Assembly: GCA_001916775.1 (NCBI GenBank)
Contig: MNTB01000030.1
Location: 33,962-97,961 of the forward strand
Direction: 5' to 3'
DNA: 64,000 bases
From: Firmicutes bacterium CAG:321_26_22
GTDB taxonomy: Bacteria; Bacillota_I; Bacilli_A; RF39; UBA660
The position numbers and the translations under genes are program-made. A model generated the notes under the pieces. The model worked only from the letters and a program-made list of their open reading frames with translations, was not told the origin of the DNA and did not search any database. Of the stretch, positions 1-8,765 are shown one piece after another; within the stretch, counting starts at the first letter, position 1; each line of letters opens with the position of its first letter.

Positions 1-715
1 TTGGTCTATATTTTCTAAATTCTTCTTCAGCTTGTTCACCTAAGTTTTTAGTATCAACTAAGAAAAGAATTCTTTTTGCTTTTGCATATTTTAACAATCT
101 ATATACGGAAGTTATAGCAGTAAATGTTTTACCAGCACCTGTTGCCATTTGAATTAAGGCTCTAGGCTTATTTTCAGAGAATGATTTTTCCAAATTAACA
201 ATAGCATTAACTTGGCAATCTCTAAATCCTTTAGCATCAAGTTCTGGAAATTGCTTCATTCTATTTCTTAAAGTGTCATTATCTTTTAATAATTGTTCTA
301 ATTCTTCTGGTGTATGAAACATAAATATTTCTCTTGATCTTGCTTTTTCATCCTTATAGTCACAAAATCTAATTATAATATTTGTACATTCATAGGCAAA
401 TCTTATTTCAGGTTGTTCTTTTAATCCTCTTAATCCACTCTTAATATATCTTAGTGATTGTTCCGCTACAACACCTAGCGTAGTTCCTCTTTCTTCTTTT
501 TTAGCTTCAATAACACCAACAGGTTTACCTGCTATAAATATTAAATAATCTACAGGTCCACTATTGGTTTGTGCCTCTCTTAAAATAACACCTAAAGAAG
601 CTGTAGGATTAAACGAATCAACATTTTGAATTACAAAACCTGCTTCTCTTAATTTTTTATCAATATCTATTCTTGCTTTGGCTTCGGGATTTAAATTTAA
701 ATCTTCTAATTCCAT
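1..715 (-). CDS. hsdR: Type I restriction enzyme R subunit (HsdR), N-terminal fragment; gene continues beyond window start
   Basis: Manual minus-strand translation from the ATG at 715 gives MELEDLNLNPEAKARIDIDKKLREAGF... (HsdR N-terminal domain), then a Walker A helicase motif (LIQMATGAGKTFTAI). The reading frame stays open to position 1. Confidence 0.75.
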   Translation of the reverse strand, partial: MELEDLNLNPEAKARIDIDKKLREAGFVIQNVDSFNPTASLGVILREAQTNSGPVDYLIFIAGKPVGVIEAKKEERGTTLGVVAEQSLRYIKSGLRGLKEQPEIRFAYECTNIIIRFCDYKDEKARSREIFMFHTPEELEQLLKDNDTLRNRMKQFPELDAKGFRDCQVNAIVNLEKSFSENKPRALIQMATGAGKTFTAITSVYRLLKYAKAKRILFLVDTKNLGEQAEEEFRKYRP

Positions 716-886
716 ACTACTACCTCTTACTTCCCATTTCATCTCACATATTCAATAATAATTATAACATATAATTTGACATTTGACAAATAGATTTTCT
801 CGGCATAAAATCGTATTTGCGACAATTATTATAACTATTCAAAAGTTGCACTTGACTTTTTAATTAATAAGAAAGTTGGTAAAATA

Positions 887-1995
887 ATGGCAGTTTATAA
901 AGAGCCTAAGCCTACTAAAAATGGTAGAGATTGGTATTTTAAGTTTAGCTATAAAGATGAATTTGGTGCTACTAAGCAGTATAGATCTAAAAGATATTTA
1001 ACTAAAAAGGAAGCATCTGATGCGGAGAGAATGTTTTTAGTTACTTCTACTGATAAAGTTGAAGATAATAATATGACCTCTAAGGATTTATATGATGAAT
1101 TTAGAATGCATAACGATGAAATAATGAAAGATGCTACTAAGTATGGTTATGATAATAAAGAAAAATTTATAGAATGCTTCTATACTGTTAAATTGAAAGA
1201 TTTTAATATCATGCAGTTTGAACAATGGAAACGAGAAATAAATAAACTTAATATATCTCTTAGATATAAAAATGATATTTATAAATTTCTTAAATCTATT
1301 TTAAACTTTGGTGTTAAATGGCATAATTTAAACTTTCAAGCAGTATATAATAAAATGACAAAGTCCCAAGATCCTAATGAACGTAAAAAAAAATGTCTTA
1401 TTATACTTATGATGAGTTTAAAAAGCTTATTTCTTATGAAGAAGACTTAAGATGGAAATGTGTATTTGAAATATTATATTACTGTGGATTACGTAAAGGT
1501 GAATTAAAAGGACTTACTTGGAAAGATATTTATTTTGATAAAAAAGTTTTATCTGTTAATAAACAAATAACCCAGAGAAATAACCGTGTTAAGTTTGAAT
1601 TTTCAGATACTAAGGCAAGAGATAGTAGAAGAATAGTTCCTATTACTAAAGTCTTGCTAAATGACCTTAAAATGCTCTATGAACAGGATAAAAAAGATTA
1701 CTATGGATTTAACGACAATTTCTTTGTCGTTTCTGATTCTAAACCTATAGCTGATTCTAATATATATCTTAGAAGAACTAAATTAGCTACTCTTGCTGGT
1801 TTAAAAGTTATTAGGATCCATGATTTTAGACATTCATGCACATCATTACTTATTAATAATGGTGCTAATGTTACATTAGTTGCAAAATATTTAGGACATA
1901 CAAAAATCGAGGAAACACTAAATACATATTCACATATGTTTAGTACTGCCCTCGACTCTGTTGTTTCTGTTATAGATAGCTTGGAAGATAACTAA
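887..1995 (+). CDS. Tyrosine recombinase / phage-type integrase, split into two ORFs (887-1450, 1393-1995) by a frameshift inside an A9 tract (1385-1393); pseudogene or slippage-prone
   Basis: ORF1 is an N-terminal SAM-like domain. ORF2 carries the catalytic box (HDFRHSCTSLLINNGANVTLVAKYLGHTKIEETLNTYSH). Adding one A (A10) fuses the frames as ...NERKKKMSYYTYDEF... Confidence 0.7.
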
Positions 1996-1996
1996 G

Positions 1997-2887
1997 CTAT
2001 TTTTCTTTTATCATTTTATTAACTAATAATCCCACATTAGTTCCTAACCCATTTTTAATCTTTGTAATATCTTCTGCTAAATCTTTTTCTCTTCTGATTG
2101 CATTTTTTATTCCAGGTTCAAACTCTTTAAAATTTAAAGAGTTTTTTCTATAGCCACATGCATCATGCAATCTCTTTTCAATATATCTTCTTCCAGAGTT
2201 ATTCATTTTTTTATTTATTATCAAATCTTCTTTGTTTTCAGAATCAAATTCATCAAAATGCATATATAACCATAATTCAAAGCTTGGATTACTAACATAC
2301 AAATTAACATTATTCTTCTTGCAGAATTCAACTACTTTATCATATTGTTCTTCTGTAAAACTATCTTTATCTCTATCGACTACCATATTAAGTGAATCAA
2401 CATCAGACGAATAAGTAACATCCTGCGCCTCAAAATACTTTTCAAAGTTTTTAGCCATATCTTCGTATGCCTCATTTTTAAATAGATACATAAATACTGA
2501 ATCTAAATCTTTATACGGTATTCTATAATTATCACCTTTATACATTTCATCTAATTTTGTAAAAGCACTATCTAAATCAATTTTACCAGGATTTTCATGA
2601 TCCCAATTTGATAATTTGTTTTTCAATTCTCCTACTGTTACTTCATTAGCAGAATTATCAATAAATGTTTGCAGTAATTTAATGACATGTGTTGGATTAC
2701 TGTGTCCTTGATTTGCATAATCTCTCAAAATATTAATAACAGTTACATTTTCTTTTATTAGTGATTCATTCAGTTTTTCAAAATATTTTGGTTCAGTTGC
2801 AGAACCTTCGGAAGCTATAAAATACTTTTTTCTATAATCACTAATTTCAGATTCTCTTTCTGTAGCAAATGGTTCTTTAATCCTCAT
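1997..2887 (-). CDS. RloB-like (Toprim-like) protein, AbiLii-like partner of the upstream ATPase
   Basis: N-terminus MRIKEPFATERESEISDYRKKYFIASEGSATEPKYF is typical of the RloB family. The gene is translationally coupled (11-nt overlap) to the AAA_21 ATPase gene. Confidence 0.55.
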   Translation of the reverse strand: MRIKEPFATERESEISDYRKKYFIASEGSATEPKYFEKLNESLIKENVTVINILRDYANQGHSNPTHVIKLLQTFIDNSANEVTVGELKNKLSNWDHENPGKIDLDSAFTKLDEMYKGDNYRIPYKDLDSVFMYLFKNEAYEDMAKNFEKYFEAQDVTYSSDVDSLNMVVDRDKDSFTEEQYDKVVEFCKKNNVNLYVSNPSFELWLYMHFDEFDSENKEDLIINKKMNNSGRRYIEKRLHDACGYRKNSLNFKEFEPGIKNAIRREKDLAEDITKIKNGLGTNVGLLVNKMIKEK

Positions 2888-4193
2888 AATTAGTATCTAT
2901 GTTGGCTATAGCACCAAATCTACCTTCCAAATATGCTTTATCAATTTTTCTATCAAATCTTGCTACATCTTTGAATTCTTCTAGAGAGAATATTCTTGTG
3001 TTTCCTTCTTCTGATTTTTCTGCAAACCATATTTCATCACGTCTAACTAAGTCAAAATCTAAAGTCTTTAATTCATGCGTAGTTATTATCAATTGGTTAG
3101 TATTATTTGACTCTAAAAATAATTTTAGTAATCCCTCAACAAGCAATGGATGTAAGCTGCTATCTAATTCATCTATTAAATAAACTTTATTATCAGTTAA
3201 TAGTATATCAAGTAATTCTAATACTCTAATTGTACCATCTGATTCTTCATATGCTCCAAAAGAATATTCACTATTATTGTGCATGAATTTTAAACTTTTT
3301 ACTTCAAATTTATTATTTTCATCTTTCTTAACAAGATATAAATCATTTTCAATTCTCAATGTACAACTATTTATTTTTGCCTTTTTAGAAATCATTTCGA
3401 AGTCATTAATAAAATTAGCAAAATCAACATCTGACATTCTTGATCTAATGCTATTAATATCATAATCATCAGCTTTAATATTATTAATATTTATATCCAT
3501 TTTATTTAAATACTTAATTATTTTATCTTTTTTATCAACATAATCTAATGGTAATAATTTATGTGATGCAGGTCTAATAATTATCATTTCATTCGCTAAA
3601 AAATTAAATACATTTATAATATCTTTAAAGAAAATATCATTATTTTTTGACATTATTAATCTTCTTGACATTTCAAGTAAAAATAAATCTGAATTATTAT
3701 TTTTCATTTCCTTTAAACAAGTATTAAAATATTCATTTTTTTCTTTTATATCTGATCCAATTGTCTTTTTCTTTAAATCTCTTTCAAAAATAATTTTTTC
3801 TGTAGGTTTAGTCATATCAATCAACCATTCAGAAACTAACTCATTTCTTGAAAAATTTAACTCAAATCCATATGAATATAATTTTTTGTCTATTTCTATC
3901 TCATATTCAAAGTATGAATCCTTATTTGGATCACCATTTTTTCCTCTATAAAATTGATTATTTATTAAAGTTCTTATTCCACCATTAAAAATACCTTTAA
4001 TAATACTTATAGCAATTATTAAATTAGACTTTCCTGAACCATTAGCTCCAAACAATCCAGAAAATTTTAGAATCTTTTTATTATTTGTTTCAATAATATG
4101 ATTCTCATTATTTCTAACCTTCCCTGCCAACATTGAAAAATGTTGTAATTCATCAAAAGATCTAAAATTCTTAACTTTAAATCCCATTAGCAT
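2877..4193 (-). CDS. AAA_21-type ABC-like ATPase (AbiLi / RloA-like)
   Basis: Walker A GANGSGKSNLIIAI, Walker B LIDELDSSLHP, and an ITTHE motif. It forms an operon with the RloB-like gene. Confidence 0.65.
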   Translation of the reverse strand: MLMGFKVKNFRSFDELQHFSMLAGKVRNNENHIIETNNKKILKFSGLFGANGSGKSNLIIAISIIKGIFNGGIRTLINNQFYRGKNGDPNKDSYFEYEIEIDKKLYSYGFELNFSRNELVSEWLIDMTKPTEKIIFERDLKKKTIGSDIKEKNEYFNTCLKEMKNNNSDLFLLEMSRRLIMSKNNDIFFKDIINVFNFLANEMIIIRPASHKLLPLDYVDKKDKIIKYLNKMDININNIKADDYDINSIRSRMSDVDFANFINDFEMISKKAKINSCTLRIENDLYLVKKDENNKFEVKSLKFMHNNSEYSFGAYEESDGTIRVLELLDILLTDNKVYLIDELDSSLHPLLVEGLLKLFLESNNTNQLIITTHELKTLDFDLVRRDEIWFAEKSEEGNTRIFSLEEFKDVARFDRKIDKAYLEGRFGAIANIDTNYED

Positions 4194-4516
4194 ATTAACA
4201 ATCCTCCTATTCTTAATATAATTATATTACAATTTTTCTCATTTGTGAAGGTTATTATACATCTTTTTTATAAAAAATCAATACTTTTATGTGATTTTTC
4301 CACATTTAATGCTGTTTTTTTAATTATGTTGTGATATAATTGTTATGAGGAAATAAAAAGAAGTTCTGCAAAACTTCTCCTCAATGTGTAAGATAATACA
4401 TCTCGCAAACTAATTTTGGATTAACATCCTATTATTAGTATATCACACTTTTGTGATCTTAAAACATTTTCTTTTAATAGGATTGTAAATTCATTTTAAA
4501 GAAAGGAAGTGTTATT

Positions 4517-4732
4517 ATGGCAACAGTTAAGGCTATACATCAAACAAGTACAGGCAAAAACGATTTGTTCATTAACACTGGGAATCATCACAAAATGACA
4601 CTTAATCAATTTGTAAAAAGAATTGAAAGTGACAGCTCTGTTTATAGTGATAGATATTACATTAAACATGATAGCAGTGGTAAAACTCCAGTATCAAAAC
4701 CAAACGGCAATAAAAAAGACAATCTCGAATAA
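4517..4732 (+). CDS. hypothetical small protein (71 aa)
   Basis: Shine-Dalgarno GGAAG sits 8 nt upstream of the start. A clean rho-independent terminator follows at 4757-4781. Confidence 0.45.
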   Translation: MATVKAIHQTSTGKNDLFINTGNHHKMTLNQFVKRIESDSSVYSDRYYIKHDSSGKTPVSKPNGNKKDNLE

Positions 4733-4756
4733 CTGTGGTTTATTATCTTACACAAG

Positions 4757-4781
4757 CACTAGCTTTGGCTAGTGTTTTTTA
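4757..4781 (+). terminator. rho-independent terminator (cactagc-tttg-gctagtg followed by T6)
   Basis: 7-bp GC-containing stem followed by a T-run, directly after the stop of the 71-aa ORF. Confidence 0.6.
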
Positions 4782-4963
4782 ATTATAGATAATTCTTTGT
4801 AATCTTCTTCATTACCAACTCTTTTTAAATAATCTATACCGCCATCAACTGCTACTGCTCCACATGAACATCTTTTATAATCATTAGTACTTTTTGATTC
4901 TATAATATCTCCACATTTTTTACATTTAATTTTATTTCTAATTATTTCTTCTTTCTTTTTCAT
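4769..4963 (-). CDS. small zinc-ribbon protein (CxxC...CxC), 64 aa
   Basis: The motif CKKCGDII-x15-CSCGAVAVDGG has four Cys. AAGGAG-like RBS is present upstream. Confidence 0.5.
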   Translation of the reverse strand: MKKKEEIIRNKIKCKKCGDIIESKSTNDYKRCSCGAVAVDGGIDYLKRVGNEEDYKELSIIKKH

Positions 4964-5218
4964 AAGTCATCTCCTCATAATGTATTATACCATGATCTTA
5001 TAACAATTATATCCTACCGTTTGCGGTATAATACCACTGCAACCATACGGATAAAATCTATATTGTCCATATCACTGTAAAAAAATCCATTGAGAATTTT
5101 TGCCACTTTCGGCACTTTTTCTCAATGAACTATTTTAAAACTCAATTTTTTTGTACCTAAATTGTACCTAAAATTATTTCAGCAAAACTGATGCCTTGCA
5201 ACCCCTTATAAAATGGGC

Positions 5219-5249
5219 ATAAAAAATGAGAGCACGGTTAAATGCTCTC
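5219..5249 (-). terminator. rho-independent terminator (gagagca-loop-tgctctc, then U-run on minus strand)
   Basis: The hairpin overlaps the stop codon of the Mrr-like ORF and is followed by TTTTTT on the minus strand. Confidence 0.6.
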
Positions 5250-5525
5250 TTCAGGGGGGCAACTTAGTTCTAATTCTTTTTTTAAAATAGACTTTAGATC
5301 CGAAAATTTCTTAATATGTTTGCACTGGCAAATTATGCCATTTTCTTTATTTCTTAAATCAATTCCACCATCCTTACCCATTTTAAAACTTTTAAACTCC
5401 AAATTTAACTTTTTTGAAATAATATCCTTTGACAATTTTTCAAACTCCAACGGACTTAGTACATCTAAATTGTATTTCATACATATAACACTTCCTTTAC
5501 TACCAAAAAACCTGTAAATTAACAA
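5238..5525 (-). CDS. mini Mrr-type restriction-endonuclease-fold protein (Mrr_cat N-terminal core; possibly truncated)
   Basis: LSPLEFEKLSKDII...GKDGGIDL...ICQCKHIKK matches the Mrr_cat catalytic core (D-GGID ... QxK). The likely start is the internal Met (MKYNLDV). It is the last gene of a three-gene operon and is followed by a terminator. Confidence 0.5.
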   Translation of the reverse strand: MLIYRFFGSKGSVICMKYNLDVLSPLEFEKLSKDIISKKLNLEFKSFKMGKDGGIDLRNKENGIICQCKHIKKFSDLKSILKKELELSCPPEESI

Positions 5526-5557
5526 AACTATAATATAATTCTATTCTGTCATTCACT

Positions 5558-6343
5558 TTATCTCTCCAAGCTTTCTAATTCATCTAATTCATACTTAATA
5601 TTTTTATTAAACTTAATTTTGGAAACATTATATATAGCTGCTAATGGATATCTTACTTTAGGAAATGACTTAAATATTTTAAATGGTGTTATCCATATTA
5701 AATAATCTATATTTGAATCTTTTAATATATTTAACATGTTACTATCCTTCCACCAACAATGTAGGTCTCCTGTCATTAGTTCGCCCGGCCCTTTAGGAAC
5801 TTCGCAATCTATAAGTTTAATATATGGTGTTGATTCATCAAAAACAAAAAACATTGTCTTAAATCCTGGATGATTATTTTTATATTTTTCTATTTTTTGT
5901 ATATGTTTTTCTATTACCCTTTTAAAATTATCAACATAAAGTTTATAGTTATGATCATTATGTCCTTCAAGTCCACAATAAGGATTTATGAACAAATTAC
6001 CAGCTTCTGCTATTTCCTTAATGGTTTTATTTTTATCTATTAATTGTTTTGTTATTTGACTTTCTTGCTCATTATGTCGATTAATTACTCTACCATTTTT
6101 ATCAACAAATGTATGATCATCAATTCTCATTACATCCATCATTAATTTAAATTTATTATTATAAAAGTCCGGCGGTAAAGCATTTTTAGAAGAGGCATCA
6201 GTCCATGTTTTCCATAACAATTTATTATGTATTAATCTATATAATAGTATATTATTAAAATTTAATGGAAATATTTTTATCCTCCTTCTTTTTAAGTCTT
6301 GAAAAGTTTGTATTATTCTTTCTTCTTTATCATACCTATTCAT
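5558..6343 (-). CDS. hypothetical protein (261 aa), middle gene of the TM-protein / unknown / mini-Mrr operon
   Basis: Long ORF lying 16 nt downstream of 6359-7132 on the same strand. No recognisable motif. Confidence 0.55.
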   Translation of the reverse strand: MNRYDKEERIIQTFQDLKRRRIKIFPLNFNNILLYRLIHNKLLWKTWTDASSKNALPPDFYNNKFKLMMDVMRIDDHTFVDKNGRVINRHNEQESQITKQLIDKNKTIKEIAEAGNLFINPYCGLEGHNDHNYKLYVDNFKRVIEKHIQKIEKYKNNHPGFKTMFFVFDESTPYIKLIDCEVPKGPGELMTGDLHCWWKDSNMLNILKDSNIDYLIWITPFKIFKSFPKVRYPLAAIYNVSKIKFNKNIKYELDELESLER

Positions 6344-6358
6344 TTATACCACCCCTAA

Positions 6359-7132
6359 TTATGCAGAAAAGCACTGATATTTTTTTCTTGTCTCTAGCTT
6401 TAGAGATTCAAAAAATTTATATGGCTTAAATTTAATATTATTGTAAATTTTTATATCTTGCCACTGTTCAATATATTGTGTGATATCCTCATTTATTACA
6501 TCAAATATTTTAAAAAAACTTTCTGTTTCTTTATTTATTTTCAACTCTTCCTCTGCGCAATAAAATTCAAATTTAAAATCTTTTATAATAAAATTAAGAT
6601 CATTATTATACAAATCATGAATTTCAAGTATATTTCTTTGTGACATTATATAATTGATATGTTCATTAATATATTTTATATTGTTACTTAATATATTTTT
6701 TAAAAAGTCTAATAGTTCGGGCTTTTTATTTTCACCGTAGTCAGCAAAGATTTCTTTTGTTATTTCATACCATTCTTTCCATTTGAATTCTTTATTGCGA
6801 TAGTCTTTTTTTCTTCCTGCTACTGAGCAAAATTCTGACCAACCTTCTATATATTTCATAATACTAAATTGTAAATCACTATAAACTAACATATAAATAT
6901 CATTATGTTTTTCATTTTTTTCCTTAACATTTCCAAATTCAATAATTAAGGCTACTATTGTTGATGCAAAACAACCTAACCCTATATTTAAAATTATATC
7001 TGCTAATATTTTGTCTTTTGCTTCCTGTAAGTAAATCCCCCATACCATAAGCATTATGGACATAAACAGCAAGCTTAAATATAAATGCCAATTTAGTTTG
7101 TATGGTTTATTTATTTTATTATTCATTTTCAA
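6359..7132 (-). CDS. hypothetical membrane protein (2 N-terminal TM helices, 257 aa)
   Basis: Hydrophobic segments LYLSLLFMSIMLMVWGIYL and LGCFASTIVALIIEF, followed by a soluble domain. Confidence 0.55.
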   Translation of the reverse strand: MKMNNKINKPYKLNWHLYLSLLFMSIMLMVWGIYLQEAKDKILADIILNIGLGCFASTIVALIIEFGNVKEKNEKHNDIYMLVYSDLQFSIMKYIEGWSEFCSVAGRKKDYRNKEFKWKEWYEITKEIFADYGENKKPELLDFLKNILSNNIKYINEHINYIMSQRNILEIHDLYNNDLNFIIKDFKFEFYCAEEELKINKETESFFKIFDVINEDITQYIEQWQDIKIYNNIKFKPYKFFESLKLETRKKYQCFSA

Positions 7133-7144
7133 CTTCTCCTACTT

Positions 7145-7206
7145 CTAGTTAATACAAAAAGACGCAGTACAAAAAATCTATTAAATAGACCTGTACTAGC
7201 GTCTTT
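7145..7206 (-). terminator. long-stem rho-independent terminator downstream of the acidic micro-protein gene
   Basis: aaagacgcagtac...gtactagcgtcttt nested stem, followed by a U-run on the minus strand. Confidence 0.55.
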
Positions 7207-7267
7207 CTTTAACTAAATTAAGTATATCAAATTATTTTTATTTATTCAATATATTTTGACAAATTTC

Positions 7268-7450
7268 TTATTCATCATCATCTTCTGAATAATAGTCATC
7301 ATCTTCTAGTTCTTCCTCTTCAAAGTTAAATGTATCATACTTCTTTTCTTTTACTAATTCTTTTTGCCAATCTTCTAAATAATTATTATCTTTTTTATTA
7401 TCATCTTCTGTATCTGCAAATGCTTTTATTAAGTTCCATATTAAACACAT
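7268..7450 (-). CDS. highly acidic small protein (60 aa, C-terminal EEEELEDDDYYSEDDDE)
   Basis: ORF with its own terminator. Extreme Asp/Glu content. Confidence 0.45.
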   Translation of the reverse strand: MCLIWNLIKAFADTEDDNKKDNNYLEDWQKELVKEKKYDTFNFEEEELEDDDYYSEDDDE

Positions 7451-7726
7451 AATCTCACCACCTGAAATTATTATATCATAGTTTTTCGTTATGTATGACT
7501 ATATGCTTATTTTTCTACTCTTATTTATATAATTACTTCTTTATACTAAAATAATATTAGTATATATCTACTGCTTATATATAATAAGTATCTTGGATAC
7601 TTTTAATTAAGATAAGTTTACTTAGCTTAATTAAACACTAATAAGACTTACATAGTAAGGCTTATAGTGAATATAATAAAGATAATATATAGGTATATTA
7701 AAACTAAGACTTGATATCTTAGTTTA

Positions 7727-8530
7727 TTATTTAGTCAATGTTAATGTTTTTACTTTGAATTCTTTAGTATCATAACCCCATGGATTAGATACTAATCTTG
7801 TATTATTTATTATTATGTCTTCTTCTTTATGATCATGACCATATATCCATACTGGTGATTTATATTCTTTTACTTCTGTATAATAACAAGAGTTATTACC
7901 CCTACTATTACTTTTATTTCTAAATGGTGGTACATGAGTTATTATTAAATCTATATTATTTGGTAAGTTATTATACCAAGATATGCTATCATTATGTAAT
8001 TTTAATATTTTATCTTTCTTAGATAATTCTGATAAGATAAATCTTGAATCATTCTGCATAGGATAGTTATATAGTTTATCTACTAATGTTACTGGTTTAT
8101 ACCAAAGGGTATCTCCCGCTAATAAGAAGGTATTATAGGTATATAGTCCTTTAGTATTATTTGTTTTATCTAGTATGATTATATCGTTATTATCTTTAAA
8201 TATTTCATTTAATCTATATACTTTATTCATACTATTATAGTTATATTCTTTAGCCATAGGATTAGTATAGATATATTTTATTACTGGTATATAGTATTCA
8301 TGATTACCTAGGACGAATATTATTTTTTTATAGTATTTTGAACATGAATATAATAGTTCACTCACTCTATTTATATCTTCATCGATATCTCCCGCTACTA
8401 CAAGGATATCTCCTTTTACTTGCATACTTATTTTATCTTGGACTAATTTATCTATTTTAGTTATGCTTTCTTTTTTACTTATGTAGTGAGTTAAGTGTAA
8501 ATCAGATACGTAGTCAATGTTTAATTCCAT
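7727..8530 (-). CDS. calcineurin-like metallophosphoesterase
   Basis: Motifs DLHLTH, GDIDED, GNHEYY and GHDH. Confidence 0.75.
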   Translation of the reverse strand: MELNIDYVSDLHLTHYISKKESITKIDKLVQDKISMQVKGDILVVAGDIDEDINRVSELLYSCSKYYKKIIFVLGNHEYYIPVIKYIYTNPMAKEYNYNSMNKVYRLNEIFKDNNDIIILDKTNNTKGLYTYNTFLLAGDTLWYKPVTLVDKLYNYPMQNDSRFILSELSKKDKILKLHNDSISWYNNLPNNIDLIITHVPPFRNKSNSRGNNSCYYTEVKEYKSPVWIYGHDHKEEDIIINNTRLVSNPWGYDTKEFKVKTLTLTK

Positions 8531-8633
8531 GGTATTTTTCCTTTCTAGATGCTTATATTATATAGAAAGATGCAAATTATGTCAAATAAAAAACTATTGA
8601 CACTTTTGCCTGTCAACAGTTTCTGTGGATAAG

Positions 8634-8744
8634 TTATTTATTATTACATTTACTTATAAACTCTTCTTCATGTTCTTTTATTTCTTTAATAATAGTTTCT
8701 TCAAGAGTTAAATATTTAAATTTTAATTTTGGTATGTTATTCAT
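8634..8744 (-). CDS. small ORF (36 aa, MNNIPKLKFKYLTLEETIIKEIKEHEEEFISKCNNK) with a perfect AGGAGG RBS
   Basis: Found by manual translation. SD aggagg lies 7 nt upstream of the ATG. The ORF is too short to appear in the ORF track. Confidence 0.35.
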   Translation of the reverse strand: MNNIPKLKFKYLTLEETIIKEIKEHEEEFISKCNNK

Positions 8745-8765
8745 ATTTCCTCCTATTTAATTATA

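Noticed and set aside
2232-3465. Plus-strand ORFs (2232-2414, 2899-3183, 3277-3465) inside the AbiL genes, and similar antisense ORFs elsewhere (5242-5517, 13052-14530, 22107-22698, 35677-36766, 37889-38480, etc.)
   Set aside because: These are shadow ORFs on the opposite strand of strong protein-coding genes, typical of an AT-rich genome.
8621-8629. Perfect DnaA boxes (TTATCCACA) at 8621-8629 (minus) and 32801-32809 (plus), possible oriC
   Set aside because: These are single isolated boxes with no cluster, no AT-rich DUE arrangement, and no dnaA/dnaN nearby. They are more likely incidental or regulatory single boxes.
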